Program-made: the position numbers and the translations under genes
Part shown: positions 21,063 through 31,595 of the stretch, in pieces
Position numbering within the stretch: the first letter of the stretch is position 1
How the letters are laid out: each line of letters opens with the position of its first letter
The notes under the pieces: generated by a model
Told to the model about the DNA's origin: nothing
What the model saw: the letters and a program-made list of their open reading frames with translations, nothing else
Databases searched by the model: none
Source: an uncultured bacterium
GTDB lineage: Bacteria > Oederibacteriota > PGYV01 > CAWJRG01
Reading direction: 5' to 3'
DNA: 64,000 nt
Assembly (NCBI GenBank): GCA_963845185.1
Contig: CAWJRG010000009.1
Span: forward strand, 576,001 to 640,000

Positions 21063-22595
21063 ATGAGTACCAATGAAAAGATATTAATTTTTGATACAAC
21101 TTTACGCGACGGCGAGCAGGTTCCAGGAGCATCTCTAACAAAAACAGAAAAATTAGAGATAGCGTTTCAGCTCGAAAAGCTTAATGTGGACATTATAGAG
21201 GCTGGATTTCCTATATCTTCTCCGGGCGACTTGGAATCTGTCAGGGAGATAGCTACGCTCGTCAAGAAGCCTATAATAGCAGGGCTTTGCCGTGCGGTAA
21301 AAAAAGACATTGATGCCTGTGCTGAAGCTTTTAAAAAGGCAAAAAAGCCAAGGATACACACATTCATCGGTACTTCACCTCAGCATGTAAAGTTTATCAC
21401 CAGGACAACTGACGAGGAAGTTTTAAGGCGCTCAATAGAGTCTGTCAAGTACGCCAGGACTCTGTGCGATGATGTTGAGTATTCTGCAATGGATGCTACA
21501 AGGACAGGTTTTGATTACTTGTGCAGGATAGTCGAGGAGACAATAAAGGCAGGCGCACAGACAATAGACATACCTGACTCTGTAGGCTACACAACCCCAG
21601 AGGAATACGGTGCCTTAATAAAAAAGCTAATGAACACGGTACCAAACATAAACAAGGCAGTGATAGCAGTGCATTGCCATAATGACCTTGGCATGGCGAC
21701 TGCAAACTCGCTTGCTGCTGTAATGAACGGAGCACGCCAGATCGAATGTACCATAAACGGGCTTGGCGAGAGGGCCGGAAATGCGTCGCTTGAAGAAGTA
21801 GTTATGGCGCTCAAGACAAGGAAAGATGTTTATGGTTTTGACACAAACATAAAAACAGAGGAGATATACAAAGCATCAAAAATGGTCACGCATCTGACAG
21901 GCATTCCTGTGCAGCCAAACAAGGCTATAGTAGGTGCAAATGCTTTTGCGCATGCCTCGGGTATACACCAGGACGCCATACTTAAGGACGAGTCGACTTT
22001 CGGCATAATGACGCCGAAGTCAATAGGTATACCGGGCCACGAGCTTGTGCTTACTAGCCGCTCAGGCAGGCATGCGCTGGCACACAGGCTTGAGTACCTT
22101 GGCTTTAAGGTAAAGGAAGAGCAGCTTAACGACATATATACGAAGTTTTTGACCATAGCAGACAAGAAAAAAGAGGTATTTGACGAGGACCTGCTTTCTT
22201 TGATGCCGTCTGAAGGGCAAAAGGGTGCAGATATTTATAAATTAAATTATTTGTACGCAGCCACAGGCACAAGCATGATACCTACAGCCACGGTTGAAGT
22301 AAAAAAAGGAGATAAAGTTTCCAGGCAGGCTTCTTTAGGGGACGGCCCGGTTGACGCGACTTTCAAGGCCATTAACGAGATAGTGAAGGAACACGTTGTC
22401 CTGCTTGATTACCAGATAAAATCAGTGACAAAGGGTGAGGAAGCCCAGGGCGAAGTAACTGTCAGGGTAAAAAAAGGCAATACTGAGGTAAACGGCAGGG
22501 GCGTTTCGACCGATATTATTGAAGCGAGTGCAAAGGCTTACCTCGACGCGCTGTCAAAGCTGGAAAGAGCAAAGGCAGTGAAAATAAGAAAATAA
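21063..22595 (+). CDS. leuA: 2-isopropylmalate synthase
   Basis: DTTLRDGEQ, HCHNDLGMA, GERAGNA. Confidence 0.96.
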   Translation: MSTNEKILIFDTTLRDGEQVPGASLTKTEKLEIAFQLEKLNVDIIEAGFPISSPGDLESVREIATLVKKPIIAGLCRAVKKDIDACAEAFKKAKKPRIHTFIGTSPQHVKFITRTTDEEVLRRSIESVKYARTLCDDVEYSAMDATRTGFDYLCRIVEETIKAGAQTIDIPDSVGYTTPEEYGALIKKLMNTVPNINKAVIAVHCHNDLGMATANSLAAVMNGARQIECTINGLGERAGNASLEEVVMALKTRKDVYGFDTNIKTEEIYKASKMVTHLTGIPVQPNKAIVGANAFAHASGIHQDAILKDESTFGIMTPKSIGIPGHELVLTSRSGRHALAHRLEYLGFKVKEEQLNDIYTKFLTIADKKKEVFDEDLLSLMPSEGQKGADIYKLNYLYAATGTSMIPTATVEVKKGDKVSRQASLGDGPVDATFKAINEIVKEHVVLLDYQIKSVTKGEEAQGEVTVRVKKGNTEVNGRGVSTDIIEASAKAYLDALSKLERAKAVKIRK

Positions 22596-22670
22596 AGTGT
22601 TAAGTGGGAAGTGGTAGGTGGTAAGCAAAAGATTTTTCACACACCACTTAGCACATACCACATATCACTT
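22596..22670. repeat. degenerate heptamer repeat with complementary arms
   Basis: AAGTGTT/AAGTGGG/AAGTGGT/AGGTGGT followed by ACCACTT/AGCACAT/ACCACAT/ATCACTT. Confidence 0.7.
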
Positions 22671-22687
22671 CGATAAGGAGCAAAACA

Positions 22688-23947
22688 ATGAAGATGACCA
22701 TAGCTGAAAAAATATTAGCCGCGAAATGCGGCAAGAAATATGTGGAGCCGGGCGAGCTTATCATAGCCAATGTCGATATAGTATTGGCAAACGACATTAC
22801 CGCACCTTTTGCCATAAAAGAATTCAGGGCATCGGGCGCGACAAAAGTATTTGACAGGAAAAAAATAGTGCTTTTGTCCGACCATTTCACTCCGAATAAG
22901 GATATAAAATCAGCGGAGCAGGCAAAAATTCTGCGTGACTTTGCGCATGAACAGAAGCTCACGCATTATTACGAGCAGGGAGAGGTAGGCATAGAGCACG
23001 CCTTATTGCCTGAGCAGGGAGTTGTGGTGCCGGGCGACCTGGTTATTGGCGCAGACTCACACACGTGCACCTACGGCGCGCTTGGGGCTTTTGCCACAGG
23101 CGTCGGCTCGACTGATGTTGCATTTGCCATGATTACAGGCAAGCTCTGGTTTAAGGTCCCACAATCCATAAAGTTTATTTATAACGGTAAGCTAAAAAAA
23201 TGGGTAAGTTCAAAGGACCTGATACTTTATACCATAGGAAAGATAGGCGTGGACGGAGCCCTTTACAGGGCAATGGAGTTCACAGGACCGGTGATTGACA
23301 GCCTTTCTGTTGATGCAAGGCTCACCATGTCAAACATGGCAATAGAAGCAGGTGGCAAGGCAGGGCTCATGGAAGCTGACGCCAAAACCATAGCCTATGA
23401 AAAAACAAGGGCCGAGAGAAAGTGGAAGGTTTACAGGAGCGACAAGGATGCCAAATATGAGAAGGTTATAGAGTTTGACTGCTCAAAAATAGAGCCGCAG
23501 GTGTCTTTCCCGCACCTGCCTGAGAATACAAAGCCCATATCAAAGGTTGGCAACATAAAAATAGACCAGTCTGTTATAGGTTCCTGCACAAATGGCAGGA
23601 TAGAGGATTTAAGGATAGCAGCAGGCATTTTAAAGGGCAAGAAGGTGAATTCCAGGGTCAGGTGCCTTATTTTCCCGGGCACACCCGCAATATACCTCCA
23701 GGCGCTTAAGGAAGGCCTGATAGAGGCCTTTGTGAAGGCTGGCGCAGTGGTTTCTCCGCCTACATGCGGCCCATGCCTTGGCGGGCATATGGGCATACTT
23801 GCAAAGGGCGAGACAGCCATTTCCACCACAAACAGGAACTTTGTAGGCAGGATGGGCAGTCCGGGAAGCTTTGTTTATCTTGCTTCACCTGCAATAGCTG
23901 CGGCGAGCGCAGTACTTGGCAGGATTGCTTCGCCTGAAGAGCTGTAA
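22688..23947 (+). CDS. leuC: 3-isopropylmalate dehydratase large subunit
   Basis: [35 protein letters not shown]. Confidence 0.97.
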   Translation: MKMTIAEKILAAKCGKKYVEPGELIIANVDIVLANDITAPFAIKEFRASGATKVFDRKKIVLLSDHFTPNKDIKSAEQAKILRDFAHEQKLTHYYEQGEVGIEHALLPEQGVVVPGDLVIGADSHTCTYGALGAFATGVGSTDVAFAMITGKLWFKVPQSIKFIYNGKLKKWVSSKDLILYTIGKIGVDGALYRAMEFTGPVIDSLSVDARLTMSNMAIEAGGKAGLMEADAKTIAYEKTRAERKWKVYRSDKDAKYEKVIEFDCSKIEPQVSFPHLPENTKPISKVGNIKIDQSVIGSCTNGRIEDLRIAAGILKGKKVNSRVRCLIFPGTPAIYLQALKEGLIEAFVKAGAVVSPPTCGPCLGGHMGILAKGETAISTTNRNFVGRMGSPGSFVYLASPAIAAASAVLGRIASPEEL

Positions 23948-23950
23948 ATA

Positions 23951-24024
23951 CGTGCAACGTGCGACGTGAGGCGTGCGACGCAAAGATAGTTTTTCGCAGT
24001 ACGTGGCACACAGCACGCATCACA
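23951..24024. repeat. degenerate heptamer repeat with complementary arms
   Basis: CGTGCAA CGTGCGA CGTGAGG CGTGCGA ... GCACACA GCACGCA TCACA. Confidence 0.6.
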
Positions 24025-24059
24025 TTTAAAGTAAAGAATAAAGCAAAAGGAGAATGCTT

Positions 24060-24557
24060 ATGAAGATAACCGGAAAGACGTGGAAGTTCAAGGATGACAT
24101 TAACACGGATTTGATCATACCTGCAAGATATTTGAATACTTCTGACCCTGTAGAGCTTGGCAGGCACTGCATGGAAGACGAGGACAAGGACTTTGTGAAG
24201 AAGATAGCCAAAGGCGACATCATAGTGGCAGGCAAGAACTTTGGCTGTGGCTCGTCCAGGGAACATGCTCCTGTGACCATAAAGGCAGCAGGCATATCCT
24301 GCGTCATTGCAAAGGACTTTGCCAGGATATTCTACAGGAACTCGTTTAATATAGGACTACCCATATTCGAGTCAGAAGAGGCGTCAAAAAATATATCCCA
24401 GGGCGATAAGGTCGAAATAGACGCTAACAGCGGCATTATAAAGAATCTGACCAAGGGTGAGGAATATACGGTAAAGCCGATACCGCCTTTTATGCAGGAG
24501 CTGGTCAGTGCAGGCGGCCTCATGGCATACGCAAAGAAGAAATTCACGATAAAGTAG
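24060..24557 (+). CDS. leuD: 3-isopropylmalate dehydratase small subunit
   Basis: [34 protein letters not shown]. Confidence 0.97.
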   Translation: MKITGKTWKFKDDINTDLIIPARYLNTSDPVELGRHCMEDEDKDFVKKIAKGDIIVAGKNFGCGSSREHAPVTIKAAGISCVIAKDFARIFYRNSFNIGLPIFESEEASKNISQGDKVEIDANSGIIKNLTKGEEYTVKPIPPFMQELVSAGGLMAYAKKKFTIK

Positions 24558-24563
24558 ATGGTT

Positions 24564-24658
24564 TTCCCTTCTCCCCTTGAGGGAGAAGGTGAGGATGAGG
24601 GGTGCGGAGAAAAGGATTTCACCCTCACCCTGGCCCTCTCCCGTCGAGGGAGAGGGAA
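24564..24658. repeat. REP-like composite palindrome (CCCTCACCC..CCCTCTCCC family)
   Basis: Two inverted half-elements; relatives at 40594-40628 and 40727-40766, partial at 32121-32156. Confidence 0.75.
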
Positions 24659-24705
24659 TTGATTGAGAATAACACATATCACACACTCTCGAGAGGAGAA
24701 CAGAA

Positions 24706-25773
24706 ATGGCAAAGAGTTACAACATTGCAGTAATGGGCGGAGACGGAACAGGCCCTGAAGTAGTAGCAGAAGGTCTTAAGGTTCTAAATGCGGCATCATC
24801 CAAGTATGGTGTAAAGCTTAATTACACCAAATATGACTTCGGCGGGGAAAAGTACTTGAAAACCGGAGTATTGCTTCCGGAGTCAGGCATAGAAGAGCTT
24901 AGAAAGCACGATGCCATATATCTTGGCGCCATAGGTCACCCGGACGTAAAGCCGGGTATCCTTGAGCCGGGAATACTCCTGAAGCTTCGCTTCGCGCTCG
25001 ACCAGTATATCAACCTGCGTCCTGTAAAGCTTTATCCAAACGTGGAAACACCTTTGAAAGACAAAGGGCCGGAGCAGATTGACTTTGTGGTCATCAGGGA
25101 AAACAGCGGAGGCATTTACACAGGCATGGGTGGCGTGACAATGAAAGGCACACAAAACGAAATAGCGACACAGCTCATGGTTTATTCAAGGCCCGTAGTT
25201 GACCGCTGCATTAAATACGCTTACGAGCTTACCAAAAAGCGCAACAAAAAGAAAATGCTGACGCTCGTGCATAAAACCAACGTTCTCACTCACTGTGGCG
25301 ACCTGTGGGTAAGGGCGCACAAGGAAATGGGCGACAAGAACTACCCGGATATAAAGCAGGATTACGCGCATGTCGACGCGACAACAATGTGGTTTGTGAA
25401 GAACCCGGAATTTTTTGACGTCATTGTCACCGAGAACCTGTTTGGCGACATAATCACGGACCTTGGCGCCATGATACAGGGCGGCATGGGAATAGCAGCA
25501 GGCGGAAATATAAACCCTGAAGGCGTATCCATGTTCGAGCCTATCGGCGGTTCTGCGCCGAAGTACACAGGCAAAAACGTCATTAACCCGCTTGCGGCAA
25601 TAAACGCAGCGACAATGATGATGGAAACGCTCGGCGAAGAAAAGATGGCTGCTGCCATGGAAAATGCGGTTGTAGACGCGCTGAAATCCGGCAAAATTAA
25701 GAGCATGTCAGCCGGTAAGATGGGCATGAGTACTACCGAGATGGGTGACTTTGTAGCATTGTTAGTGAAATAA
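24706..25773 (+). CDS. leuB: 3-isopropylmalate dehydrogenase
   Basis: GDGTGPEV, NLRPVKL, NLFGDIITDL, FEPIGGSAP; follows leuCD. Confidence 0.95.
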   Translation: MAKSYNIAVMGGDGTGPEVVAEGLKVLNAASSKYGVKLNYTKYDFGGEKYLKTGVLLPESGIEELRKHDAIYLGAIGHPDVKPGILEPGILLKLRFALDQYINLRPVKLYPNVETPLKDKGPEQIDFVVIRENSGGIYTGMGGVTMKGTQNEIATQLMVYSRPVVDRCIKYAYELTKKRNKKKMLTLVHKTNVLTHCGDLWVRAHKEMGDKNYPDIKQDYAHVDATTMWFVKNPEFFDVIVTENLFGDIITDLGAMIQGGMGIAAGGNINPEGVSMFEPIGGSAPKYTGKNVINPLAAINAATMMMETLGEEKMAAAMENAVVDALKSGKIKSMSAGKMGMSTTEMGDFVALLVK

Positions 25774-25830
25774 AATTTGGCATCATTAGGAATTCGGCAT
25801 TTGGCAGGTATGTTGAAAAACGCTGGAATG

Positions 25831-25928
25831 TGTCATTGCGAGCCCCGCTTTTATTTTTATGGGCGTGGCAATCTCATTTTTGCTTTTAATTGCGAGATTG
25901 CTTCGTCGCTTCGCCCCTCACAATGACA
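25831..25928. repeat. REP-like element (TGTCATTGCGAG...GCAATCTC/GAGATTGC...CAATGACA)
   Basis: Nested inverted repeats visible. Confidence 0.75.
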
Positions 25929-25982
25929 TCGCAAAATAGTTTTTAACATATGTTAGACATTAATTAGGAAAGGAGTTTCTTT

Positions 25983-26900
25983 ATGAAAAAACTTTTACCT
26001 ATTATTTTACTCATATTTTGTTTCAGTATTTTTTCTTATTCAAATGACGCTGAAAAATATTTAAAAGAAGGTTTTGCTAAAGGCGAATTAGGCGATTACA
26101 AAGACGCTATTGATGATTATAATAAAGTAATAGATATTGATCCTGAAATTCCACTGGCTTATTTTAACCGAGGGACAATTGAAAAAGATTTGGGCAATTA
26201 CACCGAAGCGATAAAAGATTTTGATAAAGCAATAAAGCTTAATCCTAAATATGATGAAGCTTATATTAACCGTGGTATTGTTAAGAGAGATATAAACGAT
26301 AAAAAAGGCGCAATCAAAGATTGTAATTCGGCTATTCGAATCGAGCAAATAAATTTGATTACAAGGAAAATGTTTGCATTTATTAGTAAAATAATAGGTG
26401 ACAAGGATGGTGCAATTGAAGAATTGAAATCGGTGATAAAATTTAAACAGAATGAAAGTAAGGCTTATAATGCTCGGGGTATAGCAAAATACGATTTGGG
26501 TAATTATAAAGGTGCGATGGAAGATTATATTAAGGCAATAGCGCTTGATTCAACATATGCGGAGCCTTATGGCAACCTTGGGAATGTTAAAGTTAAAATG
26601 AGTAATATTAAAGGAGCAATGGAAGACTATACAAAAGCAATAGAACTTGACCCAAAGTATATGCATGCTTTTTGCGGTCGCGGTATTGCTAATGATTTAT
26701 TAAACGATGATAAAGCTGCAATTAAAGATTATGACAAGGCAATACAGCTTGACGCACAGTTTTCGATAGCTTATTACTACCGCGCGGTTGCTAAATATAA
26801 ATTAGGCGATAAGAAAGGCACGATTGAAGATTTAAATAAGGCAGGAGAATTGGGGTTTAAACAAGCGTATGACAAAATTAAGGAAATTAAAGGCAAGTAA
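25983..26900 (+). CDS. secreted TPR-repeat protein
   Basis: Signal peptide followed by repeated AY.NRG...AI.D..KAI.LDP units. Confidence 0.92.
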   Translation: MKKLLPIILLIFCFSIFSYSNDAEKYLKEGFAKGELGDYKDAIDDYNKVIDIDPEIPLAYFNRGTIEKDLGNYTEAIKDFDKAIKLNPKYDEAYINRGIVKRDINDKKGAIKDCNSAIRIEQINLITRKMFAFISKIIGDKDGAIEELKSVIKFKQNESKAYNARGIAKYDLGNYKGAMEDYIKAIALDSTYAEPYGNLGNVKVKMSNIKGAMEDYTKAIELDPKYMHAFCGRGIANDLLNDDKAAIKDYDKAIQLDAQFSIAYYYRAVAKYKLGDKKGTIEDLNKAGELGFKQAYDKIKEIKGK

Positions 26901-26970
26901 AAGAATTATCAATTCGGCATTCGAATCTAAAATCCCAAATGCCAAATGGTAAATACTGGAGGATTGTGTC

Positions 26971-27990
26971 ATGAGTAAAGAATATAACGTCGCCATCATG
27001 GGCGCGACCGGAGCAGTGGGAAAAGAACTGCTCTCAATAGTTGAGGAAAGGAAATTTCCGGTAAAGAGCTTAAAGCTCCTTGCTTCCGAGAGGTCAAAAG
27101 GCAAGGAAATGACCTATCAAGGCAGGAAATTGAAAGTTGAAGTGCTTGATTCCAACTCATTCAAAGGAGTTGATATAGTGCTGGCGTCAGCCGGCGCGTC
27201 TGTTTCAAAACAGTTTTTAAAGGACATGATGGACGCAAAAGTGCTGTGCATAGACAATACTTCCGCATTCAGGATGGAAAAGGACGTGCCGCTCGTGGTT
27301 CCGGAGATAAACCCGGAAGACTGCAAATGGAACAAGGGATTGATAGCAAACCCGAACTGTACGACCATAATAGCCATAGTGCCGCTTAAGCCTTTGCACG
27401 ACGCGGCAAAGATAAAAAGGATGGTTGTATGCAGTTACCAGGCGGCATCCGGAGCCGGTGAAAAAGCCATGTTTGAGCTGGAACAACAGGCAAAAGACTG
27501 GGCAGCAGGGAAACCCATGAAAGTTGAGAAGTTCCCGTACCAGTTGCTTTGGAACGTGATACCCCACATAGATGTTTTCATGGAAAACGGATACACCAAA
27601 GAGGAAATGAAAGTAGTTAACGAGACCAGGAAAATAATGCACGCGCCTGATATGATGATATCGGCAACTACGGTCAGGGTGCCGGTATTGCGCGCGCATT
27701 CAGAGTCGATAATAATCGAAACCGAAAAAAAGCTGACGCCAGACGAGGCCAGGGCGCTTATGTCAAAGGCGCCGGGCGTAACTGTCCTGGATGAACCCGC
27801 GAATAAAAAATACCCGATGCCTTTGATTGCGTCGGGCAAGGATAATGTATTTGTCGGCAGGGTACGCGAGGACATTTCCTGCGAAAAAAACGGCCTGAAT
27901 TTGTTTGTTGTCGGCGACCAGATAAGAAAAGGCGCGGCTCTGAACGCCGTGCAGATAGCCGAAATAGTTTATAAAGAGGGTTTGAAGTAA
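26971..27990 (+). CDS. asd: aspartate-semialdehyde dehydrogenase
   Basis: GATGAVG, ANPNCTT, VRVPVLRAHS, DQIRKGAALNAVQIAE. Confidence 0.98.
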   Translation: MSKEYNVAIMGATGAVGKELLSIVEERKFPVKSLKLLASERSKGKEMTYQGRKLKVEVLDSNSFKGVDIVLASAGASVSKQFLKDMMDAKVLCIDNTSAFRMEKDVPLVVPEINPEDCKWNKGLIANPNCTTIIAIVPLKPLHDAAKIKRMVVCSYQAASGAGEKAMFELEQQAKDWAAGKPMKVEKFPYQLLWNVIPHIDVFMENGYTKEEMKVVNETRKIMHAPDMMISATTVRVPVLRAHSESIIIETEKKLTPDEARALMSKAPGVTVLDEPANKKYPMPLIASGKDNVFVGRVREDISCEKNGLNLFVVGDQIRKGAALNAVQIAEIVYKEGLK

Positions 27991-28003
27991 AAATGTTTTT
28001 AAA

Positions 28004-28073
28004 GTAGGGGCGATTCATGAATCGCCCAAAACGAAAGAATCGACAAGTAGGGTAATTCGTGAATTACCCCTAC
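28004..28073. repeat. two GTAG-type REP palindromes
   Basis: GTAGGGGCGATTCATGAATCGCCC and GTAGGGTAATTCGTGAATTACCCCTAC. Confidence 0.75.
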
Positions 28074-28088
28074 AAATAAAAAACCAAA

Positions 28089-28122
28089 ACGGCGGATGCA
28101 GGAGACTGCACCGCCGTTTTTT
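28089..28122 (+). terminator. intrinsic terminator; left copy of island-flanking 34-bp direct repeat
   Basis: ACGGCGG-ATGCA...TGCA-CCGCCGT followed by T-run; 32/34 identical to 37996-38029. Confidence 0.8.
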
Positions 28123-28164
28123 GTTTATCTGCCTGCGCAACAAATATTTGTAGAGAAGGGGCTT

Positions 28165-29780
28165 GGAGTCTGTCTCAAAAGCCTCTTAATTCTTTGACAT
28201 AAATGGTATAATGGTTTCAAAATTTAGCGAAGGAGAAACCAAATGCCAACGATAAGAGCCGATAGAAATCAAATGTATCTACTGCCACCGGCAATAGAAG
28301 ATTGGGTTTCAAAAGATCATTTAGCTCGATTTGTCGTAGAATTCGTAGAAGAATTACCGCTTGAAGAGATGGGTTTTAAAATGGAAGAAGAAACCGGAAG
28401 ACCGGGATATTTTGTAGATCTTTTACTTGGGGCATGGATGTACGGCATACTGGAAGGAAAAAAGAGCAGCAGAAAAGTTGAAAAAATGACTTACGATTCA
28501 ATGGGGATGATATGGATAACCGGGAATAATCATCCCGACCATAATACGCTATGGAGATTTTTTAAAGGAAATAAAGAGCAGATAAGGGTTTTACTGAAGG
28601 AGACGGTGCGTGTGGCAACAAACAACAATTTGGTTGGTTTTGAAATCCAAGCCGTGGACGGCACAAAAATACAGGCAGATGTAAATAAGGAAAAGACCAA
28701 AACAATAAAAGACATGAATAAAAAAATACAAGAATTAGACAGAGAAATAGACAAAATAATGGTGGAAATTGAGAAAAATGACGAACAAGACGATGAAGAG
28801 GGCAAAAGTAAGTGCGGAATGCCAAAAGAATTGCAGGAAAAGGAGAAACTGCGTCAGGTAATAAGAGAACATATAGAACGTATGAAAAGTGAAGGAAAAA
28901 CAACTGAAAACCCCACAGATAGAGACAGCCGGTTCATGATGACAAGAGGTAAAGGACTGCAACAGGCATATAACTCACAGGTTGTTGTGGACGCAAAGAA
29001 ACAGATAATTGTGGCAGAGAATGTGACAAACAAGGAATCGGATGCTCACATGCTGAATGATATGATAGAAAAAGCAGAGTCGAATACCGGACAAAAATCA
29101 GGAGTAACGCTTGCGGATGGAGGGTATTATTCACCGGAAGAACTGGCAAAAGCCAAAGAAGAAAAAAGGAATATAATTGTTAACTTGCCGGAGGATGACA
29201 GCGATAGGCCGTATGGCAAAGCGCATTTTAAATACGACAAAGAAAAAAACGAATATGTATGTCCTAAAAATGGCAGGCTTGAATATACCAGTATAAGGAA
29301 GAAGAAAAACGGAAAAGAGACAATGATATACCGATGCGGGGATCATAGGGATTGTATTTATAAATACGAATGCAGCAAGGTAAAATCCGGAAGGATAATA
29401 GAAGCAAATAAGCATGAGTATGAGGAGATAGTGTCAATATACAGAGAAGAAGCTAGGGTCAATAACTGGAAAGAACAGCTTCGAAAGAGAAAAACAATAG
29501 TTGAGCCATTATTGGGACGTATAAAAAACGTACTTGGTTTTACAAGATTTAGTGTTAGAGGAATCGAAAGCGTAAAAACACAATGGTCTTTTATATGCGC
29601 CGCCCATAACATAAAGACAATGTATGCCTTGTGGAGGGAAGGTAAGGTTAAATTAAGGTTCGCAACCTGACAAGAAAAGAACCACAAATCGAAAAGAAGA
29701 GAAATAATAAAGATAGGGGCTAAAAAACGCGATAAGTGTAGGCAATGCAAGGCGTTTAAAAGAGTTTTGAGACAGACTCC
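28165..29780 (+). mobile_element. IS1182-family insertion sequence, copy 1
   Basis: 16-bp terminal IR GGAGTCTGTCTCAAAA/TTTTGAGACAGACTCC enclosing a transposase. Confidence 0.93.
28243..29670 (+). CDS. IS1182-family DDE transposase
   Basis: PDHNTLWRF, AVDGTKIQA, TDRDSRFM, LADGGYYS, VEPLLGRIK. Confidence 0.95.
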   Translation: MPTIRADRNQMYLLPPAIEDWVSKDHLARFVVEFVEELPLEEMGFKMEEETGRPGYFVDLLLGAWMYGILEGKKSSRKVEKMTYDSMGMIWITGNNHPDHNTLWRFFKGNKEQIRVLLKETVRVATNNNLVGFEIQAVDGTKIQADVNKEKTKTIKDMNKKIQELDREIDKIMVEIEKNDEQDDEEGKSKCGMPKELQEKEKLRQVIREHIERMKSEGKTTENPTDRDSRFMMTRGKGLQQAYNSQVVVDAKKQIIVAENVTNKESDAHMLNDMIEKAESNTGQKSGVTLADGGYYSPEELAKAKEEKRNIIVNLPEDDSDRPYGKAHFKYDKEKNEYVCPKNGRLEYTSIRKKKNGKETMIYRCGDHRDCIYKYECSKVKSGRIIEANKHEYEEIVSIYREEARVNNWKEQLRKRKTIVEPLLGRIKNVLGFTRFSVRGIESVKTQWSFICAAHNIKTMYALWREGKVKLRFAT

Positions 29781-29814
29781 AAGCTCCTTCTCCGGCAAAT
29801 ACGAGAGGCAGCAA

Positions 29815-31430
29815 GGAGTCTGTCTCAAAAGCCTCTTAATTCTTTGACATAAATGGTATAATGGTTTCAAAATTTAGCGAAGGAGAAACCAAATGCCAAC
29901 GATAAGAGCCGATAGAAATCAAATGTATCTACTGCCACCGGCAATAGAAGATTGGGTTTCAAAAGATCATTTAGCTCGATTTGTCGTAGAATTCGTAGAA
30001 GAATTACCGCTTGAAGAGATGGGTTTTAAAATGGAAGAAGAAACCGGAAGACCGGGATATTTTGTAGATCTTTTACTTGGGGCATGGATGTACGGCATAC
30101 TGGAAGGAAAAAAGAGCAGCAGAAAAGTTGAAAAAATGACTTACGATTCAATGGGGATGATATGGATAACCGGGAATAATCATCCCGACCATAATACGCT
30201 ATGGAGATTTTTTAAAGGAAATAAAGAGCAGATAAGGGTTTTACTGAAGGAGACGGTGCGTGTGGCAACAAACAACAATTTGGTTGGTTTTGAAATCCAA
30301 GCCGTGGACGGCACAAAAATACAGGCAGATGTAAATAAGGAAAAGACCAAAACAATAAAAGACATGAATAAAAAAATACAAGAATTAGACAGAGAAATAG
30401 ACAAAATAATGGTGGAAATTGAGAAAAATGACGAACAAGACGATGAAGAGGGCAAAAGTAAGTGCGGAATGCCAAAAGAATTGCAGGAAAAGGAGAAACT
30501 GCGTCAGGTAATAAGAGAACATATAGAACGTATGAAAAGTGAAGGAAAAACAACTGAAAACCCCACAGATAGAGACAGCCGGTTCATGATGACAAGAGGT
30601 AAAGGACTGCAACAGGCATATAACTCACAGGTTGTTGTGGACGCAAAGAAACAGATAATTGTGGCAGAGAATGTGACAAACAAGGAATCGGATGCTCACA
30701 TGCTGAATGATATGATAGAAAAAGCAGAGTCGAATACCGGACAAAAATCAGGAGTAACGCTTGCGGATGGAGGGTATTATTCACCGGAAGAACTGGCAAA
30801 AGCCAAAGAAGAAAAAAGGAATATAATTGTTAACTTGCCGGAGGATGACAGCGATAGGCCGTATGGCAAAGCGCATTTTAAATACGACAAAGAAAAAAAC
30901 GAATATGTATGTCCTAAAAATGGCAGGCTTGAATATACCAGTATAAGGAAGAAGAAAAACGGAAAAGAGACAATGATATACCGATGCGGGGATCATAGGG
31001 ATTGTATTTATAAATACGAATGCAGCAAGGTAAAATCCGGAAGGATAATAGAAGCAAATAAGCATGAGTATGAGGAGATAGTGTCAATATACAGAGAAGA
31101 AGCTAGGGTCAATAACTGGAAAGAACAGCTTCGAAAGAGAAAAACAATAGTTGAGCCATTATTGGGACGTATAAAAAACGTACTTGGTTTTACAAGATTT
31201 AGTGTTAGAGGAATCGAAAGCGTAAAAACACAATGGTCTTTTATATGCGCCGCCCATAACATAAAGACAATGTATGCCTTGTGGAGGGAAGGTAAGGTTA
31301 AATTAAGGTTCGCAACCTGACAAGAAAAGAACCACAAATCGAAAAGAAGAGAAATAATAAAGATAGGGGCTAAAAAACGCGATAAGTGTAGGCAATGCAA
31401 GGCGTTTAAAAGAGTTTTGAGACAGACTCC
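29815..31430 (+). mobile_element. IS1182-family insertion sequence, copy 2
   Basis: Same IRs, 1650-bp offset from copy 1, identical protein. Confidence 0.93.
29893..31320 (+). CDS. IS1182-family DDE transposase
   Basis: Identical protein to 28243-29670. Confidence 0.95.
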   Translation: MPTIRADRNQMYLLPPAIEDWVSKDHLARFVVEFVEELPLEEMGFKMEEETGRPGYFVDLLLGAWMYGILEGKKSSRKVEKMTYDSMGMIWITGNNHPDHNTLWRFFKGNKEQIRVLLKETVRVATNNNLVGFEIQAVDGTKIQADVNKEKTKTIKDMNKKIQELDREIDKIMVEIEKNDEQDDEEGKSKCGMPKELQEKEKLRQVIREHIERMKSEGKTTENPTDRDSRFMMTRGKGLQQAYNSQVVVDAKKQIIVAENVTNKESDAHMLNDMIEKAESNTGQKSGVTLADGGYYSPEELAKAKEEKRNIIVNLPEDDSDRPYGKAHFKYDKEKNEYVCPKNGRLEYTSIRKKKNGKETMIYRCGDHRDCIYKYECSKVKSGRIIEANKHEYEEIVSIYREEARVNNWKEQLRKRKTIVEPLLGRIKNVLGFTRFSVRGIESVKTQWSFICAAHNIKTMYALWREGKVKLRFAT

Positions 31431-31595
31431 AAGCCGCATCTCTGCGTGAATAAAAGAAGATACGGGGGATTTCTTTCCGAATTAAAATTCCTTGATTCGT
31501 ATATCCGGTTGTAATATAATTATATTCAGTAATTCTGGAATTTAAGAGTTATGTGATCACAATTTGTGACTTCAAGTTAAAAAAAGGGAGGATAG

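Noticed and set aside
28194..28212. TTGACA and TATAAT inside IS1182 as a canonical promoter
   Set aside because: Spacer is only 7 bp; at most an extended -10 promoter
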